DNA of 64,000 nt from NCBI GenBank assembly GCA_032718475.1, contig JAUCBJ010003471.1:12830-76829 (forward strand), in the 5' to 3' direction. The notes under the pieces were generated by a model. The model worked only from the letters and a program-made list of their open reading frames with translations, had not been told where the DNA came from and searched no databases. This stretch comes from Nemertoderma westbladi (taxonomy: Eukaryota; Animalia; Xenacoelomorpha). How positions within the stretch are numbered: the first letter of the stretch is position 1; every line of letters begins with the position of its first letter. Shown piece after piece: positions 58,578 to 64,000 of the stretch. The position numbers and the translations under genes are program-made.

Positions 58578-60139
58578 TGTAAAAGCTTTTGTGGGATAAC
58601 TGATTCGTTTGCTTTGCTAACCAGTTCCCCCCCAGTCGCTGAATACTCTAAAAGGGGATCTATAACTCGAATAGCGCAAGCTACCGGCTTATTGGCTGAT
58701 TTGCTGTACGCAGGTATCTGGGCTCTGTTTAATCGGCCAACCAGCCTAGGAAGGTTGCGTCATAGCCCTGTTTTGTATCTCCCAATAGAATTTGAGTTAG
58801 CCTTGATTTTGACCTATCACAGAGCTACTGAACTGAAATTTTCCTATCTCACTGCTCTTTCTCTGTGTTGAACGGGAGCTTCGTGGAATAAGGGTAGTTG
58901 GTATTCTCGTATAGAGAGGAGTCACGAGTTTATCAAAGCCACGAAAGAACGGCTTTGTAGTGTTTTGTGTTTTCTGCTTTTTAGTCCAACACTAGTAGGT
59001 TTAATTATAAGGACATATATCCTTTAACTGATCTGCAACCACTGCTGACACACGGCTTTTAATAACTGCTGCTAAAATTACCTGCTCAATCGATACTGTA
59101 TACTGCTATTTGTTGTCGGTTATTCATTATATTGGTTGATGAATTATTATATTGGAATAACGAGAAATAACCCCGAAAACCCAATATTCTTGATATACCG
59201 AAGGTAAGAGAGAAAGGTTACCAATAACGATTGTGACTTATGTTAAAGTGGTTTGAAGTGAATCTAATGTTATTTGATAGACCCTACATGAGTCAGTCTG
59301 TGTTCCTTTTATATGTGACTAAAATCAGTGAAGATTGGCAGATTAGTGTGCAGTATTGTGCAGCATTGTGTATGAGTGAGTCTGTTAAAGAAGCAATTCC
59401 TAAAGAATGCGCCATATATGTGAATTATAATTAAGCCATATCGTTGTGAGTAGTTTAAGTCATAACTCTGTTTATATAGATAAAGCGCCACGTCCTAAAG
59501 GAACTGTTAATATTCCCGAAGGTGAATAATATTGTCAGAGATTATATAATACTGTCAGTCGAATAATACATTAGGCTTACATAGCAATAAAATTAAACCG
59601 TCGAACCCAATCTCCCGGGAATATCCAGCGGGTGAATGATCGCGCACAGATTGGTTTCGACTAGTGTAGTGAATCAAATACTTGTCATAGGCTAAAAAGC
59701 GATTTAATATCTAGAAGACATCTTAATTTGGCGGGTTAAACTGCCAAAGGTCTGAAAGCGCGAACATTAAAGGATATAGCTTCTTTATTGCAGTAAGCAA
59801 TAAAGTTGAAAGTACCGGTCAACCGGTAAACCTGAAAGGTACATCTGTAGGTCAGTAGGCCCAACTGCCAGAACCGGTACTGCCGTAGGTCCGTAGGTCC
59901 AACTGCCAGAACCGGTACTTCTGTAGGTCCGTAGGCCTAACTGTCCTAACCGGTACTTCCCGTATAAGTACATTAGTATTATTCGATTTTGATAGTTATA
60001 TACCGGTAGGCCTTAATAATTAATCAGGGACTGCAGCCCTGGTTTTTTATTGAGATTTTTACTTATTTCTGTCAAGTTTTATTTGTTTGTAGGCCAGTAT
60101 TGAACAGAAGGCGTGTAAGCCTGATCAGATTGTACAGAC

Positions 60140-60710
60140 AATTTGTAGGCTGAGCTGTTGTCTGATTGCTGTTAGGTCCGAACGGATTGCAGTGTGTGTA
60201 GATCACCTGTCCGATTAAGTACGGTTAGGAAGTAGGGGCAGCGAATGCTGTAAGGTAAACCCCCAACTAAAGAATAAGTCGTACTACTGGGTTAGAACGC
60301 ATACTCCCTAATCATTTCGGAGTCTGCATGTCCTGTAGTTTATTTAGGCTTGAGAGTAGTCTGCCATCGTTTAGTCTGTACTTTGTTTGTGTAAGTCTGT
60401 ACGGGTAGCGTATAATATTTATTTAGATAATTTGTAGGCTGGATAGTTGTCTGGCTGTTATTAGGTCTGAACGGATTGCAGCGTGTGTAGATCACTTGTC
60501 CGATAAAGAACGGTTAGGAAGTAGGGGCAGCGAACGCTGTAAGGTAAACCCCCAACTAAAGAATAAGTCGTACTACTGGGTTAGAACGCATACTACCTAA
60601 TTATTTCGGAGTCTGCATATACCGTAGTTTGTTTAGGCTTGATAGTAGTCTGTCAGTGTTCGGTCTGCATTTTGTTTGAGTAGTTTGTACGCGTAGCGTA
60701 ATATTTATTA
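60140..60710. repeat. ~290-bp direct tandem duplication in the leader of the putative retroelement
   Basis: AATTTGTAGGCTG...TAATATTTATT at ~60140-60423 and ~60429-60710. The central ~90 bp is almost identical. Confidence 0.9.
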
Positions 60711-62030
60711 TTCAGAGTTTATGCGATTATCCGCAACATTCATTCCCCAAGTTTGTTCCTACAGTAATTGTGTTTGTTATACATACCGCTATAGTTAAAT
60801 TAACCCCGGTACTACACGGGCTGCTTGGCGTAGGTAAAGACTGGTGATTTTGTGCATCGGTCACTCCAGCAGATGCCGTGGTTCTTTTAGCTGTTCAAGT
60901 ATATTTAACTACTGATTATCTGTTGTACAAGTACTCGTACCTAATTTAGGGTTTAGTGTACAGTGCTTTCCGAGAGTAATTAGTGTAGGCATTATATTTG
61001 TGTTGTAAAGTGGTTAATAGGCACGTTCGATTAGCTCTATTAACTTCTAGGTAGGAACACTCCGTGATACATAACGTAGAACCTATAGCGATACGGCTAT
61101 AGGTCGTCAGGCGGTGGTATTTTCCTATCTGGACAACGCAGTGTATTTACTACTACGTATTATTTTCAAATACCGCAGTACCATGTCCGTTGTAATAACC
61201 AGTTTTCTAACCCTTTGTTAGGCTGGTTTGTAGACTTCTTGTAAAATTACCCTGAAATTTCGTATTTGTGTTTTTTGTAAATTTTTGTGTTTAGTTAGAG
61301 ATTGTAATCTCACCCGAATTGTACGTAATTTGTAGTATTAAGTAACTTAGGTAAATTAGTATTATTTGTTTTAGTGTCCTATAAGTAACACTTCACTGAA
61401 AGCGCACCGCTTTGTGTAGTGATTACTCCCCAGAAATAATAACATTTATTTGAAACATTGACTAAACCCATTAAAACGGGTATATATATATTATAAATCA
61501 AATCTAACGATTTATAAATAGTAGGCCTACCATACAACCATTAGGTCTCAATATCAGTTGGATTACTGCTCAAATAACGGTAGTAAAGTAAGTAAAGTAA
61601 TCAAGTAACCCTAAAATACAGAAATTCAATTATTTAAAATAATTGATATACCGGTATTTACGATAGGCCTATTATCTTTATTTCTATAAATTTAGGCTGA
61701 AATTATACCGGTACTTATAATTAATTCTAGTCCAGAATTATATATACTACAAACTGTAAACTGTATACCGGTATTCCCGATAGGCCTATTATATATTTAT
61801 ATATATTTGTGCTAAAATTATACCGGTATTCTGTGATAAACCTAGTCTGTAATAATACTTATATAGTTATATATACCATAAGCATACCGGTGTTCTAATA
61901 TATTATATATATATCCTACTACACTGAGTAGCAGTACCGGTAATTAATTACTAGGCTAGCAGTTAATACTGAGTTACTAGACTTGCTCAGACTGTAATAC
62001 AGCAGTAGACATTCAACTGTATACATAAAC

Positions 62031-64000
62031 ATGTCTGATACTAAGCAGAACCTGTCAGACAGTATATTAGATGTAACTATCTGCGACTCAGATAGAGGCG
62101 TAGAACCTTCTAGTCGTAAGTTCAGTTCACCTCCCACTGTGAGGAAAGCCATCCCTCCAGTAGTAATAAAAGAACCTAGGCTGGTCCAACATCGTAGGTC
62201 TATCATAGGCACTCGAGCTCAGGTCAAACGGGACCAAGAAGCAGCGGAACAGCAACAACCCGCGAGGCAAGAACTTACTTCTCAATGGCCCAACAGCTCC
62301 AGTAGTGAGGATACTGTAGAGCTGACACCCGAGCGCGGAGCAAGGATGACGGATGTGGTTTATTCGGATCCCCTTCTCATCCTTCCTGCAGCCGTACTCA
62401 CTAGGTTATTGATCGCGGTGGAAGAACACCAGATCGATTGGGCGAGAAGTCAACGGTCAACTAGAGATAGTTATGCGGGATACACGAGTGAAGAACTGAA
62501 GTCTATTGTCGAGTCGCAATGGAACTTCCCCGGACCCGGACTCCCGTTTGATTTATCAGAAGCTGCCTGGGAAGACATACACCGGATGGGAGTAGCCAAG
62601 GAAACCATCGATCCAGCTGTGTGGAAGAGGTCCGCAGCCGGATACGCACAGGGATTCTTCAGCTCTATAGAGCGATTAAAAGAACAACTGTTTCATCAAC
62701 CTCAAGGACCTCAAGAGCAGGGATTGCTGCTTTATCAAGTTAGAGAAAGAATTCTACGAATCAGGCTAATCTTATCGGCCTTTGAGGAGGCTTCTAAACG
62801 AAGACAAGACACGTCGTTGCAAGTCGCCGTCAAGACTTGGTTTCAAAGGGTGAATCTCCAGGTTCAAGGAACTGCTCAGTGGAAAGCTCAGCTAGAGGAG
62901 CGATCAACCCATGGAGAATCAACAGACGCTACTTTTTCCCAAGTGGAAAGTGAAGCGACGGCAGAGAAACCGCATAAGAGGGATGCCATTGACATCTATC
63001 TGTCAGACTATCAACGTTTTGTAGGTGATGAAGAGTTGCGGAGAAGACTAGAGGGACTTAGCCCTAATAGTGAAGGAGCACAGCGTGTGCTTGACGCCAT
63101 CGACGTGGATAGGTTAGCGGCTAATCAAGCTAAATTCGATGAACAACTCCGCGTCGTTAAGGTTCAAGAAGAACAAGTAAAGAAAAAACGTATAGAAGAT
63201 AGAAAGAAAGCGGCAGAGGCAGCGGCAGAGGCAGCGGCAGAGGCAAAAGCGGCAGCGGCAGAGGCAAAGGCGGCAGCTGCAGCAGTAGAAGCCGAAAGAA
63301 AGGCGGCCGAAGCGGAAAGAAAAATAGCAGTGGCAGAAGCCGAACGGAGAGCGACTGAAGAAACCACCCAATTAGAATTGGAAAACATTCAGGAGAATCA
63401 AGACTGCATAAATAAACAGTTAACAGCTAGTAATATGCAGATGATGAATCGATCTACTCCCAAAAGACAGGGATATACATCATCTGAGGAAGGCGATACC
63501 ACCGATACTGAAGGCAAGGGAAATAGATCTCGTCTAAGTAGACGTAAAAGAACATTCCACCGTCAGAAATTGCCTGATTTGCCTCCAGCTGTTAGAAGGC
63601 AACTAAATAACACCAACTTAGGTAGTACAGAGCCCACAGACCAAATAATTAAAATAGAAAGACTCCCTACTATAGTAGATGAGCCTGAAATAATTAGGCC
63701 TGTTCTTGAAATCACCCCTTCGGTGATAGACACACCTGTGCTCCCTGAAACTACCTCTAAATTCCCTCTGCATAGCACTAAGCTACCTGTGCCCCGTAGA
63801 ACTGCCCAGGAAACAGTTCAGGTCCTGGACCCCGAGCGAAATATTCCTGATTTGTCGCCCGTTGTCCCTCGTCCGCCCGCTACAACGTTGGCGACTCCCG
63901 CTTCGGCGGTCAAATGGGTGGACGAGAGACGGCGGGGGATGGATCTCCTGCTCGGGCAGATGCAGGAGACTGTTCAGCAATTTAAGGGCACAGTAAGGGA
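62031..64000 (+). CDS. Long ORF (>656 aa, no stop in window), putative retroelement ORF1/Gag-like protein with coiled coil
   Basis: Manual translation from ATG 62031 (MSDTKQNLSDSILDV...) stays open to the window end. It contains an RKKAAEAAAEAAAEAKAAAAEAK Ala/Glu/Lys helix and a Pro/Thr-rich segment. Absent from the ORF track because it has no stop. Confidence 0.75.
   Translation, partial: MSDTKQNLSDSILDVTICDSDRGVEPSSRKFSSPPTVRKAIPPVVIKEPRLVQHRRSIIGTRAQVKRDQEAAEQQQPARQELTSQWPNSSSSEDTVELTPERGARMTDVVYSDPLLILPAAVLTRLLIAVEEHQIDWARSQRSTRDSYAGYTSEELKSIVESQWNFPGPGLPFDLSEAAWEDIHRMGVAKETIDPAVWKRSAAGYAQGFFSSIERLKEQLFHQPQGPQEQGLLLYQVRERILRIRLILSAFEEASKRRQDTSLQVAVKTWFQRVNLQVQGTAQWKAQLEERSTHGESTDATFSQVESEATAEKPHKRDAIDIYLSDYQRFVGDEELRRRLEGLSPNSEGAQRVLDAIDVDRLAANQAKFDEQLRVVKVQEEQVKKKRIEDRKKAAEAAAEAAAEAKAAAAEAKAAAAAVEAERKAAEAERKIAVAEAERRATEETTQLELENIQENQDCINKQLTASNMQMMNRSTPKRQGYTSSEEGDTTDTEGKGNRSRLSRRKRTFHRQKLPDLPPAVRRQLNNTNLGSTEPTDQIIKIERLPTIVDEPEIIRPVLEITPSVIDTPVLPETTSKFPLHSTKLPVPRRTAQETVQVLDPERNIPDLSPVVPRPPATTLATPASAVKWVDERRRGMDLLLGQMQETVQQFKGTVR

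Larger units (their letters stand above)
58578..64000 (+). mobile_element. Probable LTR retrotransposon (5' part), antisense to CSTF3
   Basis: Abrupt mid-unit break of the satellite at TGTAAAAGC (TG start), then ~3.45 kb non-coding leader with internal repeats, then a long intronless ORF. No PBS, LTR end or pol domain identified in the window. Confidence 0.55.

Noticed and set aside
59729-60835. Primer-binding-site candidates TGGCGGG (59729) and TGGCGTAG (60826)
   Set aside because: Matches to tRNA 3' ends are too short and neither directly follows a CA LTR end.
61060-61112. Hammerhead-like stem ending in GTC
   Set aside because: Only GAA precedes the stem and there is no upstream CTGANGA on that strand.
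61919-63980. Minus-strand ORFs here, and short ORFs overlapping the GPCRs and otopetrin
   Set aside because: Antisense or alternate-frame shadows of longer real ORFs.

Overview
AT-rich, repeat-dense eukaryotic (invertebrate animal-like) genomic DNA. Most of the window (10679 to >64000, minus strand) is the 3' half of a spliced CSTF3/CstF-77/suppressor-of-forked gene that the ORF track misses. I reconstructed eight phase-compatible GT-AG exons ending ...[16 protein letters not shown]. One of its introns is ~34 kb and holds an intronless, same-strand otopetrin gene, three large satellites and many non-autonomous DNA transposons. The most unusual signal is in the next intron upstream: a 49-bp minisatellite (roughly 65 units) made of the 3' end of a CSTF3 coding exon (HHIYIA..LMEYYCSK) plus its own 5' splice site (AAG|GTAAGY). 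It forms an array of decoy donors, interrupted by a TIR element and cut off by a probable retrotransposon whose >656-codon ORF runs off the window. Downstream of CSTF3 are two tandem intronless class A GPCR paralogues. No database searches were run. Gene identities rest on recalled protein motifs, and repeat boundaries and copy numbers are approximate.
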